Source: an uncultured Ruminococcus sp. (GTDB lineage: Bacteria; Bacillota; Clostridia; Oscillospirales; Ruminococcaceae). From it: DNA of 64,000 bases. The notes beneath the pieces are model-generated. The model was not told where the DNA came from. It saw only the letters and a program-made list of their open reading frames with translations, and searched no databases. This document shows positions 28,122-36,397 of the stretch, piece by piece; the first letter of the stretch is position 1; each line of letters begins with the position of its first letter. The stretch spans positions 2,792 through 66,791 of the forward strand of contig CAZGAZ010000008.1 of assembly GCA_964523835.1 (NCBI GenBank), written 5' to 3'. Both the position numbers and the translations under genes were made by a program.

Positions 28122-28970
28122 TCACCCCTCTGTCCTCTTGTAAACAATAACCTCAAACTCCGCATTTGTGGTAAGGTTTTCCAAAGCCTCCACCCTTGCG
28201 TGCCCCTCCCGACCCGTCTTGTAATAATAAGGCGTCATTGCAAAAAGACTGCGGATATCCTCCGGATTATCAAGATGTATTTCCCTCGAAACCCCAGTGA
28301 CCTCCGACAGCTCAAATCCCTCTAAGCCGTAATCCCCGACAACATTTTCATAAGCCTCATCATAAATTTTTTCCTTGAAGCTCATCAAATGCCCCGCCCC
28401 GGGAATTGCCATAATAAGCACACCGCCGGGTCTTATCACCCGCATAAATTCCTCCCTGCACAGCGGCGCAAACATAGTCATAAGCAGCGAGACCGCCCCG
28501 TCCCCTACAGGCAAATCAAACACGCTTGCCGCCGCCGTTTCGCAGGGTATATCCGCCTTTGTAAACCTCCTTGCCGCCTTTGCACAAGCATTTTTTGAAA
28601 TATCCACCCCCGCAAATGCGCATACGGGAAAATTCTTTCTCTCCGAAATAGCCCTGCAAACCCTCTCCGTGTAATACCCCTCGCCGCAGCCCGAATCCAG
28701 CAGCAAACCGCCCTCGTAATATTTCAGAGCAGCCCCCTCTGCCGCCTCTGCCAAATGTGAATAATACCCCTTATTTAAAAAATCCCCACGGGCATTCACC
28801 ATCATCTTGTTATCTCCGGGGTCTGCGGAATGCTTGGCATTCGCAGGCAGCAAATTCACATAACCCTTTGCGGAAATATCAAAGCAGTGCCCTTTCCCGC
28901 AGCGGTAAATTCGCTCATCTCTCTCCATTTCACCCCCGCAAACAGGGCAGATAAAAACACTTTTTTTCAT
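28122..28970 (-). CDS. rlmA: 23S rRNA m1G745/748 methyltransferase (RlmA family)
   Basis: N-terminal Zn finger CPVC...CGKGHCFD, GYVNLL, LDSGCGEGYY, MTPYYY. Confidence 0.85.
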   Translation of the reverse strand: MKKSVFICPVCGGEMERDERIYRCGKGHCFDISAKGYVNLLPANAKHSADPGDNKMMVNARGDFLNKGYYSHLAEAAEGAALKYYEGGLLLDSGCGEGYYTERVCRAISERKNFPVCAFAGVDISKNACAKAARRFTKADIPCETAAASVFDLPVGDGAVSLLMTMFAPLCREEFMRVIRPGGVLIMAIPGAGHLMSFKEKIYDEAYENVVGDYGLEGFELSEVTGVSREIHLDNPEDIRSLFAMTPYYYKTGREGHARVEALENLTTNAEFEVIVYKRTEG

Positions 28971-29053
28971 AAAATCCTCAGCCTTTATCAATCAAATTTC
29001 ATATGCTTTCCGCAGCAAAAACTCTCCGAAAAATCCACATCATTCCCCTAATA

Positions 29054-30730
29054 TCACTCATCGGATTTTTTATTTTTCCTTTTGCGTATCTCATCCGCAC
29101 TTATCCCGAACTCCCTGAAAATATCCCCCGCAAGCCCCGAATGTATAGGCTCGCCCGGCAATATCCTGTAAAGCCGTTTCCCGTCCTCTGCCCTCGCCGT
29201 AATGCTCACAGGAATGCTCCTGCAATCGGGGTCGACTCCTATCTCCCCGCACTTTTTCGCCACCTCCGTAATATGCGTCGCAAAAATCCCCCTTACCCCG
29301 ATAATGCAGAAGATCCTCACCAGCTCTTCCGCAATTTCCGCACATTCCGTCGGCGTCGTGCTCTGTATGGATTCGTTCATCAGCAGCAGGCTCCGCTCCG
29401 TTGCCGTTTCGCTGATTATTTTCATATCCTTGATTTCCGTGGTGAACCTGCTTGCATTTATCCCCGTTTCCTCCTCTTTCGGAAAATGGGTGAAAATATA
29501 GTCGCACAGGGAAATTTCGCACCTCTCCGCCGTCACATAAAACCCCGTCATACCCATTAAAAAGCATAATCCCACACCCCTTACAAACGTGGTCTTACCC
29601 CCGTTGTTCGGCCCCGTCAGAATATAAAATCTCCCCCCCTCATCAAAGCAAATATCATTCCTGACAATAAGCTCATCCCCCTTGTCATAAGGCTTTGCCG
29701 CCGCCGCTTTCAGGAAAAAGCACAGGTCGAACAGCTCCTTGATATCTCCCTCCCTGCCGCTTTCCCTCAGAACAGGACGGCACATCTTCAGCCCCCTGCT
29801 TCCCGCCGACATAACTATCTTTGCCAGCCCGTCGTAAATTTCCAGCTGTTCCTCAATCCTCGAAATGCTCTCAAACGTCAGCCGTTCAAAGCTTGCCAAA
29901 GCCCCCCTCAGCTTCGCCGCATATTCCCCCGTTATCTTCTCCAGCGCCACAAACAGAGCCTTGTCCGCCTCTCTTATATATCCGTCCCCCGCAAGCTCAT
30001 CCTCCCCTGACCGCCGCATTTTCCCTATAACATAAGTATCCGGACGTGCCGCACTTTTGTAAAATATCCTGTCAAAAACGCTTGGCTTTTCCCCCGCCGC
30101 CTTGTCCGAAACGCTCACTATCCCCGCCGCCGTGGGCTTCATATCCTCATTGAAATTTATCGCCACCGTCACCGACCGTATCCGCTTTGAAAGCGCTTCA
30201 CGAAGCTCCGCAATATTCCTCTTCATCTCCCCGAAATCCTCCGAATTATACCTCTCCTCGATCTCCCCGAAAAATTTCCCGAACGCCCTCGACTTAAGGC
30301 TTCCCGAAATCTCACCGTAAAGCCCGTGCAGCTCCTCCATACAGCCTGTATAGCATCCCAGCGCCTCCACCACATTGCTAAGCGCCCCGAAAGAATCGGG
30401 CGATGCGCCCCCCGCACACTTGTGCTCGCTTTCCAGAAGCTCCCTCGCCGCCTTGTGTATCGCAGGGGAAAGCCTCGGGCAGTTCATCACATCCTCCAGC
30501 GCATCCAGCCTGTACTCCGCCGTCTCCGCATCATTGCATACCTCCCGAAACAGCTTCATCACCGCATTCGGATTCCTCGGCATTATCGCCCTCGCCGCAT
30601 TTTCCGCCATCAGATCACCCAAAAACGCCCCCGAATATTTATCCGCCAGCATGATCCTGCGCCTGTTCAGAGCGTCTCTTTTTTCAGCGCTCGGATACAG
30701 CAGATCGGGATTTTCCCGTAATTCTTTCAT
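29054..30730 (-). CDS. MutS-family ATPase domain V protein (no mismatch-binding domain)
   Basis: LTGPNNGGKTTF Walker A, THFPKEE, SRFTTE, LLLMNES, FATH. Confidence 0.85.
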   Translation of the reverse strand: MKELRENPDLLYPSAEKRDALNRRRIMLADKYSGAFLGDLMAENAARAIMPRNPNAVMKLFREVCNDAETAEYRLDALEDVMNCPRLSPAIHKAARELLESEHKCAGGASPDSFGALSNVVEALGCYTGCMEELHGLYGEISGSLKSRAFGKFFGEIEERYNSEDFGEMKRNIAELREALSKRIRSVTVAINFNEDMKPTAAGIVSVSDKAAGEKPSVFDRIFYKSAARPDTYVIGKMRRSGEDELAGDGYIREADKALFVALEKITGEYAAKLRGALASFERLTFESISRIEEQLEIYDGLAKIVMSAGSRGLKMCRPVLRESGREGDIKELFDLCFFLKAAAAKPYDKGDELIVRNDICFDEGGRFYILTGPNNGGKTTFVRGVGLCFLMGMTGFYVTAERCEISLCDYIFTHFPKEEETGINASRFTTEIKDMKIISETATERSLLLMNESIQSTTPTECAEIAEELVRIFCIIGVRGIFATHITEVAKKCGEIGVDPDCRSIPVSITARAEDGKRLYRILPGEPIHSGLAGDIFREFGISADEIRKRKNKKSDE

Positions 30731-30883
30731 TGATTCGCACCTCCTGTCAAACTTAAATTCTCAAGAAATTTTTCCGAACATTTGAATTAAAAATTTTCCC
30801 GTTTTGACGTTCCAAACCAACAGGTCAAACCGCCGAAATTCAGAATGTCCACCGAAAAAATGTTCCCCAAGTCCTATCTTCCC

Positions 30884-31402
30884 TTAACGCATTTTCCTCT
30901 CATCCGCAAACCGCCAAAGCGCCTCTCTGTCCTTTTTCTCCGCATAATCGATCCCCACCCTCGGCAGCCTTTTTATTTTCGGAACATACCCGTCGTCCGC
31001 CAGATAAATCCTCGGATTTCCCAGAATATTTTCCCCGTTAAAACTCTTGTCCACCTGCAATTTTTTCGTCAGTCTCCCCGGACCCTCATACCCCTCGCAA
31101 GCCCTTATCAATACCCCCTGCGGCACTTCTTCTTCCCCCGTGATAATGTTCATCAGATAATGTATCCCGTAGCAAATGTAAACATATATCGTCCCGCCCT
31201 TTTTGTACAGCATTTCCGTCCTCGCCGTCCGCCCCTTTGAAGCATGACAGGCAGTGTCCTGTGTCCCTAAATAGCACTCCGTCTCCGTTATCCGCAAAAC
31301 AGTTTCCTCATCACCGTTTTTCCTTATAAGCAGCTTCCCCACCAGCTCGGGCGCAACAATAAGCCCGTCCCTGCGGTAAAAATCTTCATTCGGTATCAGC
31401 AT
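30884..31402 (-). CDS. mpg: DNA-3-methyladenine glycosylase (MPG/Aag)
   Basis: LVGKLL, RITETECY, D.ACHA, YVYICYGIHYLMNI, VLIRA, GPGRLT, PRVGI; start placed at MLIPNE. Confidence 0.9.
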   Translation of the reverse strand: MLIPNEDFYRRDGLIVAPELVGKLLIRKNGDEETVLRITETECYLGTQDTACHASKGRTARTEMLYKKGGTIYVYICYGIHYLMNIITGEEEVPQGVLIRACEGYEGPGRLTKKLQVDKSFNGENILGNPRIYLADDGYVPKIKRLPRVGIDYAEKKDREALWRFADERKMR

Positions 31403-32042
31403 TTCCAAAATCCTCTTTCCTCTTGTAATACGCCGCAAAATTAGCCTCAACGATCTCATCCGCATCATCGAAATTCAAATGCTTACCGTATTTTTCATAC
31501 CATTCCTCGCCCCATTCTTTGCCATGATATTCACCCGTAATCACACCCTCGTCATCGCAAACATAATATTCTTCACCGTAGCAAATCTCTTTTATCCGCT
31601 CCACATTCAAAAAATTTTCCCTGAATTTTTCAATATCCCCTAAAAATCTTTTCTCCGTGTACACGTGCTCGGTGTTGTCAACTAAATTTGTATACCTGTA
31701 GTATTCGGTTGCTCCTTTCTCCCTCATATTCTCCAGAAAAACTCTTGCAGCAGTCAGCATTATCACCGCAAACTGATGAAAATTCAGCGTGCATTCCTCA
31801 ATTGCAAAATAAGGACCTTCCCATATTCTCGGACCGTACATCATTTTCCAATCCTCTCCGTTAGGAAGATTTATCCCTGCATCATCCGAAAGACTGCAGC
31901 CGACCCCATTGGCCAGTTTTTCAAAAAACTCCGGGAAATACTTATATTCCGTACACATATTAAAAAAATAAACAACAAAAGAATTGTCCTCTTTAAAAGG
32001 AAATTCCTCCTTATCATACGGAAAAACATCTTCAAATCTCAT
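31386..32042 (-). CDS. Hypothetical acidic protein; N-terminal half resembles CdiI-type toxin immunity proteins
   Basis: GGAGG RBS; acidic and aromatic-rich; similarity judged by eye only. Confidence 0.6.
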   Translation of the reverse strand: MRFEDVFPYDKEEFPFKEDNSFVVYFFNMCTEYKYFPEFFEKLANGVGCSLSDDAGINLPNGEDWKMMYGPRIWEGPYFAIEECTLNFHQFAVIMLTAARVFLENMREKGATEYYRYTNLVDNTEHVYTEKRFLGDIEKFRENFLNVERIKEICYGEEYYVCDDEGVITGEYHGKEWGEEWYEKYGKHLNFDDADEIVEANFAAYYKRKEDFGNADTE

Positions 32043-32192
32043 TTTTACCTCCCGCTAATCTTTCGTTCGCACCAAAGTTTCTCTGAAACTTAGGGGATTA
32101 TCGCTAACTTTCAAACTTTTCCACTCCGTTAATCAGACTTTCACACCAAAGGTACGCTGAAACTTAGGGGTTTACCGCTAACTTTCAAACTT
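32043..32192 (-). repeat. 74-bp two-hairpin repeat, cluster B (2 copies)
   Basis: Two tandem units on the minus strand ending ...GATTAGCGGGAGGTAAAA followed by ATG 32042. Confidence 0.9.
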
Positions 32193-32237
32193 TCACCTTC
32201 CTTTTTTCTCCTATTACAGCAGAATAAAAGCCTGCGG

Positions 32238-32666
32238 TCATAATTTCCTTAATAACCTTTCCATGACCCTCTCAAATAAATTTTTCGGCTGCTTTTTCGG
32301 CTTTTTATAACAGCGTTCCCCATACTCTTTTTTGACCCTCCTGCACTCCCTTGCCCACTCATTCATCACCCAGACAAAATCCTCCCGTGAAATACATTCG
32401 CTGCGCTCTTCATTCATATCGAACTGCAATGTCACCGTAACATTATCCGGAGTGATCTCAATAACATATTCATTTCCGGCGCTCTCGTAATGATCCTCTT
32501 TCATTATCTCATCAAACCGCTCAAAATCATGCCCGAAAATAAGCTTGCTGTCACCAATCAAAAATTCACTCAACGCCTCGTGTCCGTCATCAAAATCAAA
32601 GGAAACATCCAGAAAATATTTCCCGTCATCGCCGCCGAAAATCTCCCGCACCTTGTAGCCAAACAT
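32238..32666 (-). CDS. Hypothetical protein, YacL/immunity-like
   Basis: GHEALSEFL...AGNEYVIEI...SREDFVWVMNEW pattern resembles the YacL family (by eye). Confidence 0.55.
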   Translation of the reverse strand: MFGYKVREIFGGDDGKYFLDVSFDFDDGHEALSEFLIGDSKLIFGHDFERFDEIMKEDHYESAGNEYVIEITPDNVTVTLQFDMNEERSECISREDFVWVMNEWARECRRVKKEYGERCYKKPKKQPKNLFERVMERLLRKL

Positions 32667-32686
32667 TTTTTTGCCCCCTTAAACCC

Positions 32687-33376
32687 CTACCTCTCACCGT
32701 TTTTCCCGCCCTTGTGAACACGTATATTTTTCCGCCGCATGGTTTGGATAAAATCCCTGTGCTTCCACCTGTTCATAAGCCTGTCAAAAATAGGTCTGAT
32801 GTAACCTCCCCAAAAGAACATCACAAAAACAGCCAGCGCCGCCAGCACCATAAGCCGCCCCGTAAGTCCCCCGAAAATAAGCGTCCACCCCATATATACA
32901 GCGTCCAGAAACGCCAGCCATTTAGCCTTGCAGGGAATAACGAACATTATCATGATAATGTCGTCCGGGTTTATCACCGCATAAGCGCAGAACAGCGACA
33001 GAAAGAAAACATCATTGCTCGCATACCCCGAAATAAGCCCGCCTGCAAGCGTAAACAGCCACCCCAGCAGCAGATAATGAGTAAATCTCCTGCTGCCCAT
33101 TGCATTCTCCAGATCACGCCCGATCCCGTAATAAAACATCAGCGTTATCATTATCCATAAAGGGCTGTTGTTTATGGGCGTGAGCATAAATGTCACAGCA
33201 CGCCAGATCTGCCCCCCCAGAAAAAACTCCCGTGAAAAAAACATAAGCCATGAGATCTGATATCCGCTGACCATGTCCCCTATAAAAACCACCGCCATAG
33301 TAATAACAATGTAGGTCATCAGCCCGGGTATATCCACCTTGTTAAGAAGCCTTTTCAGCCTGTTCCGAAAACTCAT
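32687..33376 (-). CDS. Rhomboid-like membrane protein (no GxSG catalytic motif seen)
   Basis: GQIWRAVTF loop motif, G.DLE..MG...F, IPCKAKWL; about 6 TM segments. Confidence 0.75.
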   Translation of the reverse strand: MSFRNRLKRLLNKVDIPGLMTYIVITMAVVFIGDMVSGYQISWLMFFSREFFLGGQIWRAVTFMLTPINNSPLWIMITLMFYYGIGRDLENAMGSRRFTHYLLLGWLFTLAGGLISGYASNDVFFLSLFCAYAVINPDDIIMIMFVIPCKAKWLAFLDAVYMGWTLIFGGLTGRLMVLAALAVFVMFFWGGYIRPIFDRLMNRWKHRDFIQTMRRKNIRVHKGGKNGER

Positions 33377-33503
33377 ATATATCCTCCTTTTCAGATATCC
33401 TCCGAAAACCCTGTATCATAGGGCTTTCGGACAGCCCGCCAACGGAAAAAATTTCCTCATAAAAATATTATACCACACCTTGGTGAATATTTCAAGAAAA
33501 CTC

Positions 33504-33532
33504 TTGCAATTTTTTCAAAAAAAGGTTATAAT
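33504..33532 (+). promoter_or_regulatory. Sigma-A promoter of the DUF1858 gene
   Basis: TTGCAA-17-TATAAT. Confidence 0.7.
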
Positions 33533-33667
33533 ATTCTTGTAGGAAAAATAATACAAACCGCTGCCGAGTGATCAGCTCCGCCGCCAAAATCAAATCTGAA
33601 AATTTTCGGGGACGGCTCACGGCTATTTTGCTGCAGCGGTAAGTATAAAAAAACGGAGGTATAAAAA

Positions 33668-33874
33668 ATGAGCTACCAAGTAACACCCGACACTATCATC
33701 GGCGATATCCTCGACAAGGATATGGACACCGCCCCCTATTTCCTCGAAATAGGAATGCACTGCCTCGGCTGTCCCGCATCACGGGGCGAATCCATCGCCG
33801 ACGCCTGCGCAGTTCACGGCACCGACGCTAATGCGCTTGTGGCAAAGCTCAACGAGCATTTTGCAGCCAAGTAA
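33668..33874 (+). CDS. DUF1858 / hybrid-cluster-associated redox disulfide domain protein
   Basis: GMHCLGCPASRGESIADACAVHG motif; GGAGG RBS. Confidence 0.92.
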   Translation: MSYQVTPDTIIGDILDKDMDTAPYFLEIGMHCLGCPASRGESIADACAVHGTDANALVAKLNEHFAAK

Positions 33875-33890
33875 AAATGTGCGTGCCGGA

Positions 33891-33922
33891 CAGGCTTTGA
33901 GGTTTATCCTCAAAGCTTGTTT
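33891..33922 (+). terminator. Intrinsic terminator
   Basis: CAGGCTTTGAGG-TTTAT-CCTCAAAGCTTG hairpin followed by TTT. Confidence 0.6.
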
Positions 33923-34115
33923 ACAGGCATTTTGCTTGAATTTTTTGTGCGGCATTTTTTCTCCGTTTTTTTTAAAATCCCACGAAATTTTCCGCATTTT
34001 ACATAAGCCGTACAATTAATTTTCTATCCTATAAATCTATGATTTGCACACAGGATATTCCACAAATCAAACCGCATTTTCACATAAATTTCCAAAGGCA
34101 GAGCAGCTCAAAAAG

Positions 34116-34257
34116 CAGGGCATTAAATTTTCTTGCCTCTTGCCTCCGGCTTCTTTCCTCCGGCAGGGCATTAAATTTTCCTGCCTATAGCTTCCGGCTT
34201 CTTGCCTATAGAAGCGCATTAAATTTTCTTGCCTCTTGCTTCCTGCTTCTTGCCTCT
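34116..34257. repeat. Three tandem 48-bp units containing the pyrimidine heptamer repeat
   Basis: GCATTAAATTTTC recurs at 34120, 34168 and 34216. Confidence 0.85.
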
Positions 34258-34283
34258 GAAACTAAAGGAGGCTCATAATTAAC

Positions 34284-34961
34284 ATGAAACCGGACCGCCG
34301 TCTTGCCCTCTGCGCCGATATGGTGCAGGGCGAATACATATGCGATATAGGCACCGACCACGGCTATCTGCCCGCATATCTCCTGTCCACGGGCAAATGC
34401 AGCCGTGCAATTTGTGCCGATATAAATCCGCTTCCGCTCAGATCGTCCGAAGAACATCTGCATAAAGAGGGCGTTGCCCATATGGCGCAGTTTGTGCTCT
34501 CAAACGGCTTTGAAAAACTCGATATAACAGGCGTTACCGATATAGTCATAGCGGGCATGGGAGGGGAGACCATAGCGGAAATTCTGTCGGACGAAAAATC
34601 CCATTGCCCCGCAAATTTCATTTTGCAGCCCATGTCACGGGCGGAAATTCTGCGTGATTATCTTGCCGTAAACGGCTTTGAAGTCATAAGAGAAAGGGCG
34701 GCAGTCTGCGGCGGATTTGCCTATGCCGTAATGAGCTGCAGGTTTACGGGAACGCCCTATATAATATCCCCCGAACGCCGTATCACAGGGCTTTTATCCA
34801 AAGACGACCCCGATTCCCGCAAGTATGTTTCAGGTCAGATTTCACGAATAAGATCAGCTGCCTGCGGCCTTATAAATTCGTCGGATATTTTGCAGAAAAG
34901 CAAAGGTGAAAGCAGCATGTCGCTGGCGGAAAAAATCAGCTCCGACTGGGGCATTGAATGA
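34284..34961 (+). CDS. trmK: tRNA (adenine22-N1)-methyltransferase
   Basis: DIGTDHGYLP, SNGF, IAGMGGETI, ILQPM. Confidence 0.95.
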   Translation: MKPDRRLALCADMVQGEYICDIGTDHGYLPAYLLSTGKCSRAICADINPLPLRSSEEHLHKEGVAHMAQFVLSNGFEKLDITGVTDIVIAGMGGETIAEILSDEKSHCPANFILQPMSRAEILRDYLAVNGFEVIRERAAVCGGFAYAVMSCRFTGTPYIISPERRITGLLSKDDPDSRKYVSGQISRIRSAACGLINSSDILQKSKGESSMSLAEKISSDWGIE

Positions 34962-35026
34962 TAAATAAAATGTATAATTTTCCGTGATATCCCCTCACCG
35001 AAAACAATACCGAAAGGAAAATTTTT

Positions 35027-35812
35027 ATGATACTTGTCAAGGATATTTACAATGAAATAGATAAGCGTGCCGCCTTTGATTCGGCGGAAAGCTGGGATAA
35101 CTGCGGCATTCTTGCAGGCGACCCCGAAGCAAAAGTTACCAAGGTTATCACCGCCCTCGACATAACAAAGGAAGTCGCAGAAGAGGCTTCCCAAAAGGGA
35201 GCAGAGCTTATCGTAAGCCACCACCCCGTGATCTTTCACCCCCTGCGCACGGTGCTGCAAACCACCGTCACGGGAAGCTTGCTGCAAAAGGGAATCTCCG
35301 CCATATGCACCCATACCCCCTTTGATATGTCCCCTGTCGGCATGGCAAAAGGGCTGCTGGATATTCTGGAAGAACCTCTGGGGCTTATACGTTCCTCCGA
35401 AGAACCGCTGAAAATAACGGGGGAAAATTTAAGCATAGGAAAGCTTTACCGTCTGTGTGAATCACTGTCTCCCGAGACCTGCGCAGGACGGCTGAAGGAG
35501 GCTCTGGGCTGTAAATATGTGCGCTTCTCCCGAGGGGGAAAAACCCTGTCAAAAATTGCACTGTGCTCAGGCTCGGGAGGCAGCGAGATATCCCTTGCCA
35601 TGGAAAAAGGAGCGGACGCTCTCATCTCCGGGGACTTCAAGCACGACCAGTTCATCGACGCATTGAACAGCGGCTTTGTATTGTTTGACTGCGGCCATTT
35701 CCACACCGAGCGTATCTTTGTAAGGCTTATGTGTGAAGCCCTTTCCGAGGCATTTCCCATGCTTGAGGTCACAGCTGCGGAAAGTTGTACCGACCCCGTG
35801 GAATATGTGTGA
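35027..35812 (+). CDS. Nif3-like dinuclear metal centre protein (YqfO family)
   Basis: AESWDNCG, SHHPVIF, HTPFD, SGDFKHD, GHFHTE. Confidence 0.93.
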   Translation: MILVKDIYNEIDKRAAFDSAESWDNCGILAGDPEAKVTKVITALDITKEVAEEASQKGAELIVSHHPVIFHPLRTVLQTTVTGSLLQKGISAICTHTPFDMSPVGMAKGLLDILEEPLGLIRSSEEPLKITGENLSIGKLYRLCESLSPETCAGRLKEALGCKYVRFSRGGKTLSKIALCSGSGGSEISLAMEKGADALISGDFKHDQFIDALNSGFVLFDCGHFHTERIFVRLMCEALSEAFPMLEVTAAESCTDPVEYV

Positions 35813-36088
35813 GCACATCGGAAAAAACAAGCCTGCAAAGGCGCATATTCTCCCCAAAGTTCCCTTTAAATTATACCATAAATTCTCTTACTTGTCAATA
35901 GCTTTATGCGAAATTTTCAAATATTTTGCAATTTTGTAACATTTTACAATAGTGAAAAAATTGAAGCCGATACCCCCGGATCACAGCGGCTGCCAATAAA
36001 TAATTTATTGAACCGAAAAGCGAATATATCAGTATGATATAAAGGCAGAAAAAATGATCGCTCGGCGGAAAATATCGGAGGTAAAGTA

Positions 36089-36322
36089 ATGACTAAAATG
36101 GAGTTAAAACAAATACTTGACAGAAATAATATTCCGGAATGGTATTATAATCTTGATGAAAAAGGTGAGACAGACCAACGAGTGTGCTTAAAGAAAGAAA
36201 ATAAAATTTGGAAAGTATACTTTACCGAGCGTGGAGAGGAATTGTTTATAATGCATTATAATTCGGAATCAGAGGCATGTGACGATGTCCTCAGACGTTT
36301 TAAACGTTTTAATATAAAGTAG
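36089..36322 (+). CDS. Small hypothetical protein resembling polymorphic-toxin immunity proteins
   Basis: GGAGG RBS; pattern IP..YY.L...CL......WKVY..ERG......SESEAC (recognised by eye). Confidence 0.65.
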   Translation: MTKMELKQILDRNNIPEWYYNLDEKGETDQRVCLKKENKIWKVYFTERGEELFIMHYNSESEACDDVLRRFKRFNIK

Positions 36323-36397
36323 ACTATTGAGTTCAAGTGTGCTTATATACCGGAGGAAACATTCGGATAATTTCTAAAAAAAACGGAGTGCAAAAAA

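Noticed and set aside
35934-35949. TTGTAA-CATT-TTACAA palindrome as a Rex or CcpA site
   Set aside because: It is 16 bp rather than the 18-bp Rex box and lacks the central CG of a cre site; an AT-rich context makes chance likely.
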